64,000 nt of DNA, from contig OZ244999.1 in NCBI GenBank assembly GCA_965223265.1, positions 6,016,001-6,080,000 on the forward strand, in the 5' to 3' direction. Position numbers and translations under genes: made by a program. The notes under the pieces are model-generated. The model was not told the DNA's origin, did not search any database, and saw only the letters and a list, made by a program, of their open reading frames with translations. Of this stretch, positions 42,200 through 51,998 are shown piece by piece. Each line of letters starts with the position of its first letter. The stretch's first letter is position 1. The DNA comes from Planctomycetota bacterium (GTDB taxonomy: Bacteria; Planctomycetota; UBA8108; SXIK01).

Positions 42200-45100
42200 T
42201 CGCAGCGCCGTCGACCGCATCGTCGGTTCACTTCTTCATCTGCCGGAAGACGAAGCGATCCGCCAGCTCGAAACAACCTACGGCAAGAGCGCCGAGGTCG
42301 AGGATGCCCGACAGTTGATTCGCGCTTATCATAGAATGCCATCGATCTTGAAGACCGATGCATTCGCGAGCGCGGCCGCCGCACCAGCAGACCTCGTCGG
42401 ATCGGAGATCGACCAGTACCACATCGTGGAGCAAATTGGGCGTGGCGGTATGGGAGTCGTCTATCGCGCCAAACAGGCAAATCTCAAACGCCCAGTCGCG
42501 ATCAAAGTGATCGCGAGTCCCTCCGATCGTATGACGCAGCGATTTCTCCTCGAGGGGGAAATCCTTGCTGGGCTCTCGTCGCCCTACGTCGCCACGGTAC
42601 ACGACTCCGGGAGACTCCCGGACAAACGCCCCTACTTGGTCATGGACCTCATCGACGGCCCGACGATCACGGACTACTGCCGTGAGGAAAACGTCGCGCT
42701 CGACGCACGCCTGCGTCTCTTCTGCCAGGTGTGCGAAGGCGTCCACAGCATCCACCAAAAGGGCGTCATCCACCGCGATCTGAAACCAGGGAACATACTG
42801 ATCCAGCGCGAACCGAAGCCACCGATACCGCGCATCCTCGATTTTGGGATCGCTAAGACGATGGACTCGACGGATCACCTGACCCGCGAAGGGCAGCCGA
42901 TCGGAACGCTCGTCTATATGAGCCCTGAGCGCATCGATGAACCCGATCACTCCGAGGATGTCATAGATGACGTCTATTCACTCGGGATCGTTCTCTATGA
43001 AATCCTTACCGATCGACTGCCATGGACTCGTAGTGAGAAGTCGATGCGAACGCAAATCTTGGAGGGCAACCTGACGTTACCGAGCAAGGTCGTTTCAAAG
43101 GCGTCCACGGCAAGAAGCATCAAGGCGGATCTCGACAACATCGTCATGACCTCCACAGCGCTTGAACGCGGGCGACGATACGATTCGGCGCTGGCGCTCA
43201 AGGCGGACGTCGAACGATTCTTGCACGGTCTCCCCGTCGAAGCGACGCCGCCCTCTCTCGGCTACCGAGCGCGTAAGTTTTGCAAACGTCGTCCGATGAC
43301 CGTCGTCACCCTTGCGCTGCTCGCGGCGCTCTCGGCGTTCGCCATATGGAGCTTCTTGCTGGCCAGAGACAAGCGAATCGGAGACTACTATGCGGCGATT
43401 AGCGACATCCGTACTCTCCTTCACGAGCCGCGTCTGGGGTTCCGCAGCCAGACCCTCGCATCGTTTCACGATCTCGCGGCAGCAGACATCGACGCTCGCG
43501 ACCACTACGAACTGCGGAGTCTCTACTTGAGCGTCTCGTCCATGTACGACCTCGAGAAGGAACACACCTTAGCAGTAGGAATCGATGCGTACACCCTTGC
43601 GTTCAGTCCAGATGGTCGACGCCTCGCGATCGGTCAGAACGTGCGAGAGGGGCCGTGTTCCGTGAAGCTGTACGATCCTGTCACCGGGAAAGAGCATAAG
43701 GAGCTTACTCTTCCTCTCTCGGCGCGCGGCGTGCGCGCGCTTCAGTTCGCGCGGGACAGCCGCGGATTGTTCGTGGGCGTACGGTCGGGGGCTGTCCTTT
43801 CGTGGAGGGATGTTGACGTCCCTGAGGAGTTTAACCAGCTAACCCAAATGACCGGCTGGGTGCGGGACATCAAACTCACGCCGACGCCAAACGTTCTCCT
43901 GATCTCGGATGGCCACCATCTCAAAACCATTGATGACCGATCGGGTGAGATCATTTGGCGATTCACGCATTCTCACCGGGGGATGGGCGGAGAAGTCAGA
44001 GCAGAACCCGCGAGCGGGGATGTCTTTTGGGGTGGGCATGTGGGGCTCTTACGGCTCGAAGATGTCAAACCCGGAGAGTACACCCATCGTCCGTTCAGAC
44101 GTTTCAAGCCCGCCATTGAGAGGTTCACGTTCGTACCTTCAAGCAGGCAACTGATCGTGGGTTCTCGGGGAAGGCTTTTTTCTGCCGACTCCAACATGGT
44201 TGAGTATCAAAGGTTTCGCGATCCGCATCTGGAGTTCGCACACTCCCAGACAGGAGAGATTCGCAGTCTTGACTTGAGCCCGGATGAACTCTTGGTGATT
44301 TCCGGCTCGAGTGACCGCGCTGCCAAACTATGGCACCGGGGAACAGGTGAGTTACTGGCTCGAATTCCTGTGGCTGGCAAGGGCAACGTCGCCGTCGCTT
44401 TCAGCCCCGATGGCGACCGACTAGCGGTGACGGAGAACAGAGCAACAGTAATCTACAAGATCGAAGGACCGGGAAACTCACAGGGAACGACACGAAACCC
44501 GTTTCGCTTCGTTGCAGTCCAGGAGCGCCCGGTCGCGTCATTTGCGTTTTCTCTCTCCGGGAGAATGGCGACTGTCAGCGGCGGCGAACAGGGAGTTCTA
44601 ACATCTCTTTGGGAGATGCGAGGCGCAGCCAACTTCCGTCGACGCGCCTCCAAGCCCATCAACGGGCGTGTCCTCCTGGACGAATCGGCCGCCATGGCTG
44701 TAAGTCCAGACGCCAGCCTGGTGGCTTTCTTCACAGACCCTGATTCCGTCCTTAGTGTGAGCCAACTGGCCGTATGGAGCCATGAAAGCGGATCCATCGT
44801 ACGCCCCGGAACAGAAACTCGCGTCAAATGTCTGACGTTCGCTATGGAAGCGCTGTCGGCAACTTGTGGGAAGAGACATGGAGAGAAACTCGTCCAGTGG
44901 CGGCCAGGCGAGTCGGAAACCACGACGTTCTTTACCAACACCGACGATGCAGGACTGCCCGGCATAGGTGCGATCGTTGTACGCGAGAGCTATACAGCCA
45001 TCGGAGGAGACAACGGACTGATCAAGACGCTCGACCTCGACGGCCAAGTCAGCCACATACTCTCGACGTCGCGCTCCAATCCAATCACCGCAATGTCGGC

Positions 45101-45476
45101 AAGCGCGGACGGAGCCGAGCTCGTAGTCGGAACAGACTCCGGGAAAGTCTTCACCGTACAGGTCGACGAAAGTCTGAGACTCACGGAAGGGGTACAACTC
45201 CCTCCACACTTCGCGCGCGTCAATTCCGCCGCCATCTCCCCCGCGGCCAGTCTGATCGCAACAGCCGGACGAGATCGAACGGTCCGGCTGCTCCGGCGGA
45301 AAGGCAACGAGTGGGAACCGCTCTTTCAGCGCACGTTCCAAGCACCGGTCGCCCGCATCCAGTTCACCCCCGACGGCAACAACCTAGGAGTCCTCGTCTT
45401 GCGGGAAAGACAGGTGCGCCTGTGGGACATCGCGGCGATCCGGGAGGAGTTGGGGTCGGTGGGGTTGGGGTGGTAG
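42189..45476 (+). CDS. Ser/Thr protein kinase with TM helix and WD40 repeats
   Basis: GRGGMGVVY, HRDLKPGN, DFGIAK, GTLVYMSPE; TM; FSPDG repeats. Confidence 0.95.
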   Translation: MPIDRSAVDRIVGSLLHLPEDEAIRQLETTYGKSAEVEDARQLIRAYHRMPSILKTDAFASAAAAPADLVGSEIDQYHIVEQIGRGGMGVVYRAKQANLKRPVAIKVIASPSDRMTQRFLLEGEILAGLSSPYVATVHDSGRLPDKRPYLVMDLIDGPTITDYCREENVALDARLRLFCQVCEGVHSIHQKGVIHRDLKPGNILIQREPKPPIPRILDFGIAKTMDSTDHLTREGQPIGTLVYMSPERIDEPDHSEDVIDDVYSLGIVLYEILTDRLPWTRSEKSMRTQILEGNLTLPSKVVSKASTARSIKADLDNIVMTSTALERGRRYDSALALKADVERFLHGLPVEATPPSLGYRARKFCKRRPMTVVTLALLAALSAFAIWSFLLARDKRIGDYYAAISDIRTLLHEPRLGFRSQTLASFHDLAAADIDARDHYELRSLYLSVSSMYDLEKEHTLAVGIDAYTLAFSPDGRRLAIGQNVREGPCSVKLYDPVTGKEHKELTLPLSARGVRALQFARDSRGLFVGVRSGAVLSWRDVDVPEEFNQLTQMTGWVRDIKLTPTPNVLLISDGHHLKTIDDRSGEIIWRFTHSHRGMGGEVRAEPASGDVFWGGHVGLLRLEDVKPGEYTHRPFRRFKPAIERFTFVPSSRQLIVGSRGRLFSADSNMVEYQRFRDPHLEFAHSQTGEIRSLDLSPDELLVISGSSDRAAKLWHRGTGELLARIPVAGKGNVAVAFSPDGDRLAVTENRATVIYKIEGPGNSQGTTRNPFRFVAVQERPVASFAFSLSGRMATVSGGEQGVLTSLWEMRGAANFRRRASKPINGRVLLDESAAMAVSPDASLVAFFTDPDSVLSVSQLAVWSHESGSIVRPGTETRVKCLTFAMEALSATCGKRHGEKLVQWRPGESETTTFFTNTDDAGLPGIGAIVVRESYTAIGGDNGLIKTLDLDGQVSHILSTSRSNPITAMSASADGAELVVGTDSGKVFTVQVDESLRLTEGVQLPPHFARVNSAAISPAASLIATAGRDRTVRLLRRKGNEWEPLFQRTFQAPVARIQFTPDGNNLGVLVLRERQVRLWDIAAIREELGSVGLGW

Positions 45477-45490
45477 TTTGCGCGACCGGC

Positions 45491-46024
45491 TCAATATTCC
45501 GTGTTGAGTATCTCGCGGAGAGCGCGGCTATCGACGCCAACGCATGTGACGACAGACCACACCTCACCGCGTTTCAGCTCGACGTACGTTGGTACGTGCC
45601 CCTCAATCGTCGGCAGATAGGCCATTAGCGAGCCGCGACCGTTCGCCTTGGAGCCACCGCTCCACCAGAACAAGGCTGCTTGGGGCACCAGACTCTTCAG
45701 TCTTCTTGACGCGTTGGAGCTGCTGGTTTGGTGGCGGTGCAGCGCGATTGGCTCGTCGGTGAGTCGGCCGAAGAAATCTTGTGAGACGACACGATTCGGA
45801 ACGAACGGAGGAATCACAAGTTCAGAAGAAGCGACTCCGAACGACCCGAGACACTGGTGAGAAAACCGCAGCCACCGCTGGCTGAACCAGTTGTCGATTT
45901 TCACGACGTAACTCGCCACTGGTTCGTAGAGCTCACCAAGCCGGTGCAAGGCGGCGAGTACGAACCGTGCGAACGCAGGATCGTCCGTTTCCTCGACATG
46001 GAGTGTGACGTCTGGAATCACCAC
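45491..46024 (-). CDS. Hypothetical protein
   Basis: AGGA then GTG; protein-like KIDNWF..WLRFS..PPFVPNRV segment. Confidence 0.55.
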   Translation of the reverse strand: MVIPDVTLHVEETDDPAFARFVLAALHRLGELYEPVASYVVKIDNWFSQRWLRFSHQCLGSFGVASSELVIPPFVPNRVVSQDFFGRLTDEPIALHRHQTSSSNASRRLKSLVPQAALFWWSGGSKANGRGSLMAYLPTIEGHVPTYVELKRGEVWSVVTCVGVDSRALREILNTEY

Positions 46025-46659
46025 TGTTCTTCCTGAGCTAATCTTGAACTTCAGCCGCACGCAGCGGCAGCGCCACTGCGAATGCAACCACTGTGACCGT
46101 ATCTGGAACCAGTCGCAATCCTTTCCAAGCTGAGTGCACGAACAGAGATGCACAAGACGGATGACTGAAGATGATTCTTGGTTCATGAAGCAATCCGCGT
46201 ATCAGGAATCGACTGAACAAAGGTTGTCATGGATTGAGGAAGAATCAATCATGAATTTCCGTCCGACTCACCGGCGTACCAGTGGTCCGACACCTCAGCG
46301 AAAGAGTCCTTCCCAGGACGGAAGGCTCGAGTGATGGTGCTTGGACGTCCGCACGACTTTCGGGAATGGGGACTTCTTCTGATCTTGGCTTCGGTCACAG
46401 GCTCGCCGCCAGATCGGGCTCCTCTCAACGGCAGGAAACAGCGCCTCCGGCGTTTCGATTGCAGCGGCAAAGAAAGCGTTGACGTTAAAGGTGAGAATCC
46501 TCCTCGCAGAGTTCTTCTGCGTTGCAGATCGAAACTTCAGTCAGCGCCGGGGGACCGGCGAAGTAGTAAGGAGAGGCTCGGTTGGCCGCCACGCGCTTGC
46601 ACCTTACGCCGTCGATCTGATCGCCTGGAAGCGGCGCAGGACGCCCCCAACGAGAATCC

Positions 46660-46900
46660 TCCAACGTGAGCGATTTCCCCGGAAAGGATCTTCGCGTGAA
46701 GCGTTCGAGATCAGGTGCCCAGAGATGCTCGTCAGCCAGCTCCAGTGGCTCTTGTCATCAGATCCGCGAAAAACACAGGCGCGTTCGAACACCTTGAGCA
46801 AAGCTTCTTGAACGACGTCCTCGGATTCAATTCTTGCTCGAAGGCGTGGCGTCGCGCAGGTAGATGAAACGGTGAAAAAAGTTGACGCGGTGAGGTAGCA
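46660..46900 (-). pseudogene. ECF sigma factor remnant (region 2 only)
   Basis: HRFIYLR / frameshift / PRLRARIESEDVVQEALLKVF..WLTSI aligns by eye with the ECF at 14628; no region 4 found. Confidence 0.6.
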
Positions 46901-46977
46901 GGGGGTGTTCCCGTCGGCGAGCCAAACAGAAGTGCGCTGTACCGACACGGTTCACCGGACCCATGCACTCTACGAAG

Positions 46978-47157
46978 CTATTCCGCCGCCGCCAGAATCA
47001 ACCGCCGCATCCACTCCGCCACCGTCAGTCCTTCGCGCCTGGCGGCGCGCGTGATCAGTCGATGCTCCGCGTCGGTAACGCGGAGGTTGACGATCTTGCC
47101 TTTGTACTTTGATCTCGCGACCTTGGGTCGTCCTCTTTTCTTCTTTTTCTTTGTCAT
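46978..47157 (-). CDS. Small ribbon-helix-helix DNA-binding protein (MobC/DUF1778-like), 59 aa, absent from ORF track
   Basis: Hand translation MTKKKKKRGRPKVARSKYKGKIVNLRVTDAEHRLITRAARREGLTVAEWMRRLILAAAE*; alternating beta-strand IVNLRV plus two helices. Confidence 0.8.
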   Translation of the reverse strand: MTKKKKKRGRPKVARSKYKGKIVNLRVTDAEHRLITRAARREGLTVAEWMRRLILAAAE

Positions 47158-47537
47158 GATTAGATTCTATGGGAAATTTTCCGATGTACAAAATATTTTG
47201 TTGAAACTTGTTTGTGAGACTTTAAAGTTATAGTAGTGCAGTTGATCGTGCGCTGAAGAGATGCTCGCGGTGATTGATCCGCGCTTTCTCTTCTTCGCAC
47301 ACTGACGTGTGAGCGTCGGCGGCACAGTGGGATGCTTCTTCGGAAGAGCGCAGATGTGGTTCGTTTGCCCTTCTCGACGAAGCCAGCATCACGCAGTGCT
47401 GCGCGTGCTCAACTGCGACCACAACGGCGTTCTCCTTGGACGGTCCGGGAGAACAAGAAAGCAGAAAGCGGAGCTCTGCCAAACGTCTTGGCGGACAAGC
47501 AGAGCTCCAATCACCACCACCTTTTCAGGAGGCAGCT

Positions 47538-48539
47538 ATGCCAAACTCTACCGTCGCTTCTACCCGTCCCGCAACTTTTGCATCGGAACGATTCGATGTG
47601 GGAGGCGCTTCAGATGCTCCGCCCCTACCGGACGCAGAAGCGACAGCTCGCACGGAAGCGATCGTCGGCCGCGACGTTGATCGCCGCAACGCCCACCAAA
47701 CCGGCGCATACAGAACGGCATCCGTCACCGACGCCGACCTTGCCGCTTTCGAAGCCGCCCTTCCCAACGTCGCCCGGCTCCGCCGCCTCGCGCTGAGCGC
47801 TACCGCGCGAAGCGATTGGACGAACGTTGGCGGCCAGCCCTACCTTGGCGTCGCCGGCTGCATGAAGATCGCTGCGCTTTTCGGCGCCAGCCTCACCGGC
47901 ACACGCGTTCAGGCTGTACGCGACGACGCTGGCGAAAGCGACGTCATCCGCTACGTGGCCCGCACGACCGCCCGCTTCCTTGGCCGCCGGGTTGAAGTTG
48001 AGGGTGTAGCCAGCTCGAGCGAGAGCTTCTTCTCACGCCGCCGCGGCAAGAGATTGCCGCTCTCGGAGATCGATCTGAGCGCGGTGCGCAAGAAGGCCGT
48101 CACGAACGCTCAAATCCGCGCCGTCAAATGCATCCTCGGGCTTGGCGGAATCACCTGGGAGGAAGTGCGCGCCGCCGGCGTCACGAAGGACGGTGTTGCC
48201 GCCGTCGACTTTGGCCGCCGTGGCGAACAGGAGACACCCTCAGTACGCCAACCGGCCAGCGCTGTCACGAGACCACAGCCACGTCGGCTCGACCCAGCCC
48301 GGCGGCGCCTCTATGACATCCTCCTTGAGCTCGGCACCCACCAGCAGGTGCGCTTCGACGAATCCTTGCGCCACTACTCACGCCGCCGCGGCTCCGATGG
48401 CGAAAGCCAGTGCGCCGAGCGGATCAGCGATCTTGACGACGCCTGGCTGCAGGAAACCCTCGAGCGCGTCGAGCACGACTGGCGCGAGATCCCTGTGGGG
48501 CAGCTCGCGAGCTGCATCAGCTCGGAGCAAGGCGACTGA
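47538..48539 (+). CDS. Phage-like protein, possibly a single-strand annealing recombinase
   Basis: Strong AGGAGG RBS; DW..VGGQPYL.VAG..KIAALFG and VRKKAVTNA..RAV...LGL resemble phage recombination proteins; family uncertain. Confidence 0.5.
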   Translation: MPNSTVASTRPATFASERFDVGGASDAPPLPDAEATARTEAIVGRDVDRRNAHQTGAYRTASVTDADLAAFEAALPNVARLRRLALSATARSDWTNVGGQPYLGVAGCMKIAALFGASLTGTRVQAVRDDAGESDVIRYVARTTARFLGRRVEVEGVASSSESFFSRRRGKRLPLSEIDLSAVRKKAVTNAQIRAVKCILGLGGITWEEVRAAGVTKDGVAAVDFGRRGEQETPSVRQPASAVTRPQPRRLDPARRRLYDILLELGTHQQVRFDESLRHYSRRRGSDGESQCAERISDLDDAWLQETLERVEHDWREIPVGQLASCISSEQGD

Positions 48540-48604
48540 CCACGCTCTCGGCGACGGCCACATGAACTGAGAGCTGCGCGTGGTGAGCCGGAGCACCACG
48601 CGCC

Positions 48605-48763
48605 CTCTCCCCCGGCGCTGCGCGCCGCTGGTGGCGAGGCCGCATCCGAGGGCGTAGCGCAGCGGCGTCTGAGCGAACGACGCCTCGCGGCGTTCGCGTC
48701 TCGCCGCGGAGCGAAGACCGAGGACGGCCCGAGCCGCCAGCAGCGCGCAGCGCCGGGGGAGAG
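48605..48763. repeat. Branched hairpin element with 27-bp terminal inverted repeat
   Basis: 48605-48631 pairs with 48737-48763 (one mismatch); inner hairpins GGCGTC/GACGCC and CGCGGCG/CGCCGCG. Confidence 0.8.
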
Positions 48764-48778
48764 GCGCTCGTTCGTCGT

Positions 48779-48955
48779 TCAACCCATCTCGTTCACGAAA
48801 GACCAGTCAACCGCCGCGTGCAGCTCCGGAGCCGCTTTGATTTCTCGTTCCACGCTCCGCGGAACAATGATCCTTCCATAGAGAGCTCGCAACAGCTGAT
48901 AGTGACCAATCTGATGCAGATAGCTCAGCGGCGACGTATCGCTGACGACGATCAC
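48779..48955 (-). pseudogene. Truncated DUF3368 PIN-like toxin (58 aa)
   Basis: Hand translation MIVVSDTSPLSYLHQIGHYQLLRALYGRIIVPRSVEREI...G*; GTG overlaps antitoxin stop; far shorter than a full PIN domain. Confidence 0.8.
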
Positions 48956-49194
48956 ATTCTGCCCAGCTCTTTCAGGTCCTCGACGTCGCTTTTCAGATCC
49001 TCGAGCGTGTAGAGACTGATGTCGTGACCAGCCAGTGCCTCCTCGAAAGCCCTTCGAGACAGCCCTGAAAGTCGGAGCGCTTCCCCGTGAGAAATACGCC
49101 GCTCTGCGTAGAGATGCACGGCAAGCTCGAGGAGGCAGTCCTGCTCCGTCAAGCCGGCTCGCTGCAAAATGTCGTCAGGAAGGTTCAGCGTCAT
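48952..49194 (-). CDS. UPF0175 family putative antitoxin
   Basis: LELAVHLY..RRIS.GEA.RLSGLSR..F..AL..H.I..YT.EDL..D; directly upstream of DUF3368-like ORF. Confidence 0.85.
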   Translation of the reverse strand: MTLNLPDDILQRAGLTEQDCLLELAVHLYAERRISHGEALRLSGLSRRAFEEALAGHDISLYTLEDLKSDVEDLKELGRM

Positions 49195-49442
49195 AGAACC
49201 TGATTGTATCACCTTTTCTGGCTCGTGTGCCACAACGCGGCGCCGCTCGTGTTCTAACCGGTTTCGACAGTACCCACCGGACTGAACGCCCTCGCTTGCA
49301 ACACTTCCAGCCACGTCGAAAAAAACTTCCCAGATTCCGTTTCGCACATCCGCCGTTTGCGGCAACTAAGAGGTGGAAGCGTGCATCGCGCACGCTCGCG
49401 TCACTCATTCGACACTCTCTGGCACTCTTCAGGAGGCTTCTT

Positions 49443-49898
49443 TTGCTCAGCGTACCTTTTCCGACCCGCTCGCTCATGACAATCGCCGTGACGCTCACGG
49501 CGCTGCTCTTCGTCACCCTTTCCGCCTCGTGCATCTCCCTCTTTCGGCCCGCGGCCAGGAGCCCCCACCAGCTCCACCGACCCGACGGCACCACCGTGGT
49601 CTGCTATGAACCGCCGGCCGAGGTCGTGCCTAGCGCCGTGAGAGCGCGAATCGACGCCAAGATTCCCGACGTCATCGAAGTCCTCGAAGCGCAGCTTGAA
49701 ATCGAGGAGACGCTCGTTCGCATCCGCTCGGAGGTTCACAATCTGCAGGCTGTCGAAGCGCTCGAGTTTCGCCTTTGCGCCGCCTGGGCGCAGGGGGTTC
49801 TCAGTGAGGAGCTCTACCGGGAGTTTCTGTTTGAGGTGTTGCCGCTTTTGCGAGAAGCGTGTCGCGAGCACGACGTCGAAGAGAGGAGGAACGCATGA
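49443..49898 (+). CDS. Hypothetical (lipo)protein
   Basis: AGGAGG then TTG; hydrophobic signal ending LSASC; coupled to next gene. Confidence 0.55.
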   Translation: MLSVPFPTRSLMTIAVTLTALLFVTLSASCISLFRPAARSPHQLHRPDGTTVVCYEPPAEVVPSAVRARIDAKIPDVIEVLEAQLEIEETLVRIRSEVHNLQAVEALEFRLCAAWAQGVLSEELYREFLFEVLPLLREACREHDVEERRNA

Positions 49899-50215
49899 CG
49901 ATGATCGGAGAGGAACGCCTCTACACCTTCAGTGAGATCGCCGCCGTTCTTCCGCGCATCAACGGCAAGAAGATCCACGTCTCCACACTTCACCGATGGT
50001 GCCGCCGCGGCGTTCGCGGCGTTCAGCTCGAGTTCCGCATGCTCGGCGGGCGCATGCTCACCTCAGTGGAGGCCGTCGAGCGCTTCTCTCGCCAACTCGC
50101 CGAATGCGAACGACAGCCACGGCCGTATGCTCGACGCTCGACGCGAGAGGATTCTCGCCGCCGCGAGGAACGGATCAATCAAGCTCAAAGGATACTCGAC
50201 GAAGCGGGCATCTGA
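49895..50215 (+). CDS. DUF1580-like HTH protein, putative excisionase
   Basis: GAGGAGG RBS; HVSTLHRW.RRGVRGV.LE...LGGR.LTS.EAVERF; next to integrase. Confidence 0.8.
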   Translation: MTMIGEERLYTFSEIAAVLPRINGKKIHVSTLHRWCRRGVRGVQLEFRMLGGRMLTSVEAVERFSRQLAECERQPRPYARRSTREDSRRREERINQAQRILDEAGI

Positions 50216-50521
50216 CGACGCGGTCTCCGGGACCTGTTCGACGCCAAGATACTCGAGTCAACGCGAGGCAGTTGGAATCACCGTTCTTCACCGACCCCCG
50301 GACCAGAATGCCATCCCACCACATAGTCCGCTGAGCCCTAACCAGCGCGGTAGCGGGATAGCCAACCGTCGATAAAGGTCGGCCGAGACATTCTCTGTTG
50401 TCGCGGCCCTTCGACGCCAGGCTACGTATCCCGCAAGCTGTGAACTTCGTTGGGATACACGCAACACCGCTCAGGTCATACGGCTCGAACGCGCGACCGA
50501 AGAATCTCCCGGCCTCGAACC

Positions 50522-51708
50522 TCATCCAATCCTCTTCGCGATCTCCACCGCCTGCTGGGCGTCGAGCTCGGCGTATGTGTCTGTGACCGAGACCGATCGG
50601 TGGCCGAGAATGATTCTGGCGGCGTCGACGCCGAACTCTCGGCGCAGCTTCGTCGCTGCGGCATGTCGCAGCTGATGCGGGTGAAAGCGCTCGACCCCTG
50701 CGCGCTCACACGCGCGAGCGACTGCATGAGCATACGAGTCCCTTCTGTATCGATCCCCGGGCCTGCGCTTCGGCACCTCGCGGCGATTCGTGCCCGGCGC
50801 GTTTCCTTGGCCGAGCGGAGTACACCTTCCTGCGTGGCGTTTCTCTAAACGTTCCCGCTCTGCTTCTCGCGACGAGAAACAGTACGCCATCGGCGGTCGG
50901 TCGCTCAGAAACGGTGCGGTCGTCTCCTGGGCTTTTGGCCCGAGGAAGATCTCACGCGCTTGACCGCGATGGAGCGACTTGTGCTGCTCCGGACGATAGA
51001 TCCACACCTCCCCCTCCCTGTCGACGTCGCACGGTCGCATCGACAGAATCTCGTCGGAGCGCGCCGCCGTCAACTGCTGCAAACAAATGACCGCCCAGAC
51101 TTGCCGCGACACGTAGGGCCGCACCCTTTCAACAACCTCAGGCGCCACGGGTCTCACCTTGCGCGCCTCGCGCGCACTCGTGCGCCCGCGTCTCAGTCCG
51201 TCGACCGCCTGCAGCGCCTGATAAACCGACGCGTCCACGAGCTCCTCTGCCACCGCCCACTTGAACACCTGCCGGATGCGCCTGACAGCAGAGTTCACCG
51301 TGTGACGCGCGAGGTCCTTCGCAACGAAACACTCCCGAACAGTCTTCAACGCCCGCGGTCCAAACTCGCTCGCTCTCACATGCCCATAGTGATCCTTCAG
51401 CACGCGAAGGACGTTTCTGAAGTTCCCGAGCTCGCTCGTCGCTCTTCCGTCCGCTCGCCTGTAGTAAGTCTGCGCGTGCTGCCAAAAGCGGGCTGCAACC
51501 TCGAGCACCGTGATGTCGTCCGATTTCGCGTGCGGCGCCAACGCGGCACCGCCAGCCAACCACTCGGCGACCAAGCGCCGATACTCCCGGCGGCTCTCTT
51601 CCGTGCCGTACTCGCCAAGGTAGATCCGCCTGCCACTGAGCTCGACGAAGGCCAGATCGGGGCGCTCCCCACGTCTCTCTGGCGGCGGTACTTCGGCTTT
51701 CTCGCCAT
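50522..51708 (-). pseudogene. Tyrosine integrase with frameshift near codon 11
   Basis: GGAGGAG RBS and MARKPKYRRQR; frame changes in a GA run (~51675) to RGERPDLAFVELSGRRIYLG; catalytic TAARSDE, HQLRH, LGH, TY intact. Confidence 0.85.
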
Positions 51709-51814
51709 TGCGACTCCTCCCGGTATACGTTCGTATACGGGTTACAGCCGCCCCTCCCCCCGGATTCGGGGGACGAGGGTATCCCTAACTCAGGGATTCG
51801 GCGGGAATTAAAAG

Positions 51815-51862
51815 TGGTCGGGGTGACTGGATTCGAACCAACGACCTCCTGCTCCCAAAGCA
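51815..51862 (-). mobile_element. att site: 3' half of tRNA-Pro(TGG)
   Basis: Minus strand TGCTTTGGGAGCAGGAGGTCGTTGGTTCGAATCCAGTCACCCCGACCA has anticodon loop, T arm and CCA but no D arm or 5' acceptor strand. Confidence 0.9.
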
Positions 51863-51897
51863 CGTCAGGGGTTTTCGCAACATCCTGTTAATACTTT

Positions 51898-51906
51898 TGA
51901 TATAAT
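51898..51906 (+). promoter_or_regulatory. Extended -10 promoter candidate for the second integrase
   Basis: TGATATAAT (TGnTATAAT) in an AT-rich tract about 90 bp upstream of 51999. Confidence 0.5.
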
Positions 51907-51998
51907 GGGTTACGAAACTAAAGAGAACTCCGAAATAGTATAGTTTACTCGTCTACAGACAACATACAGACAAACATTCACCCAGGAAAAGCCCGTCG

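Noticed and set aside
50175-50525. 116-aa ORF overlapping the integrase stop
   Set aside because: No recognisable motif and overlaps the DUF1580 gene end; unsupported.
51815-51890. Intact tRNA-Pro gene
   Set aside because: Similarity stops within the anticodon stem; no D arm or 5' acceptor strand, so called an att fragment.
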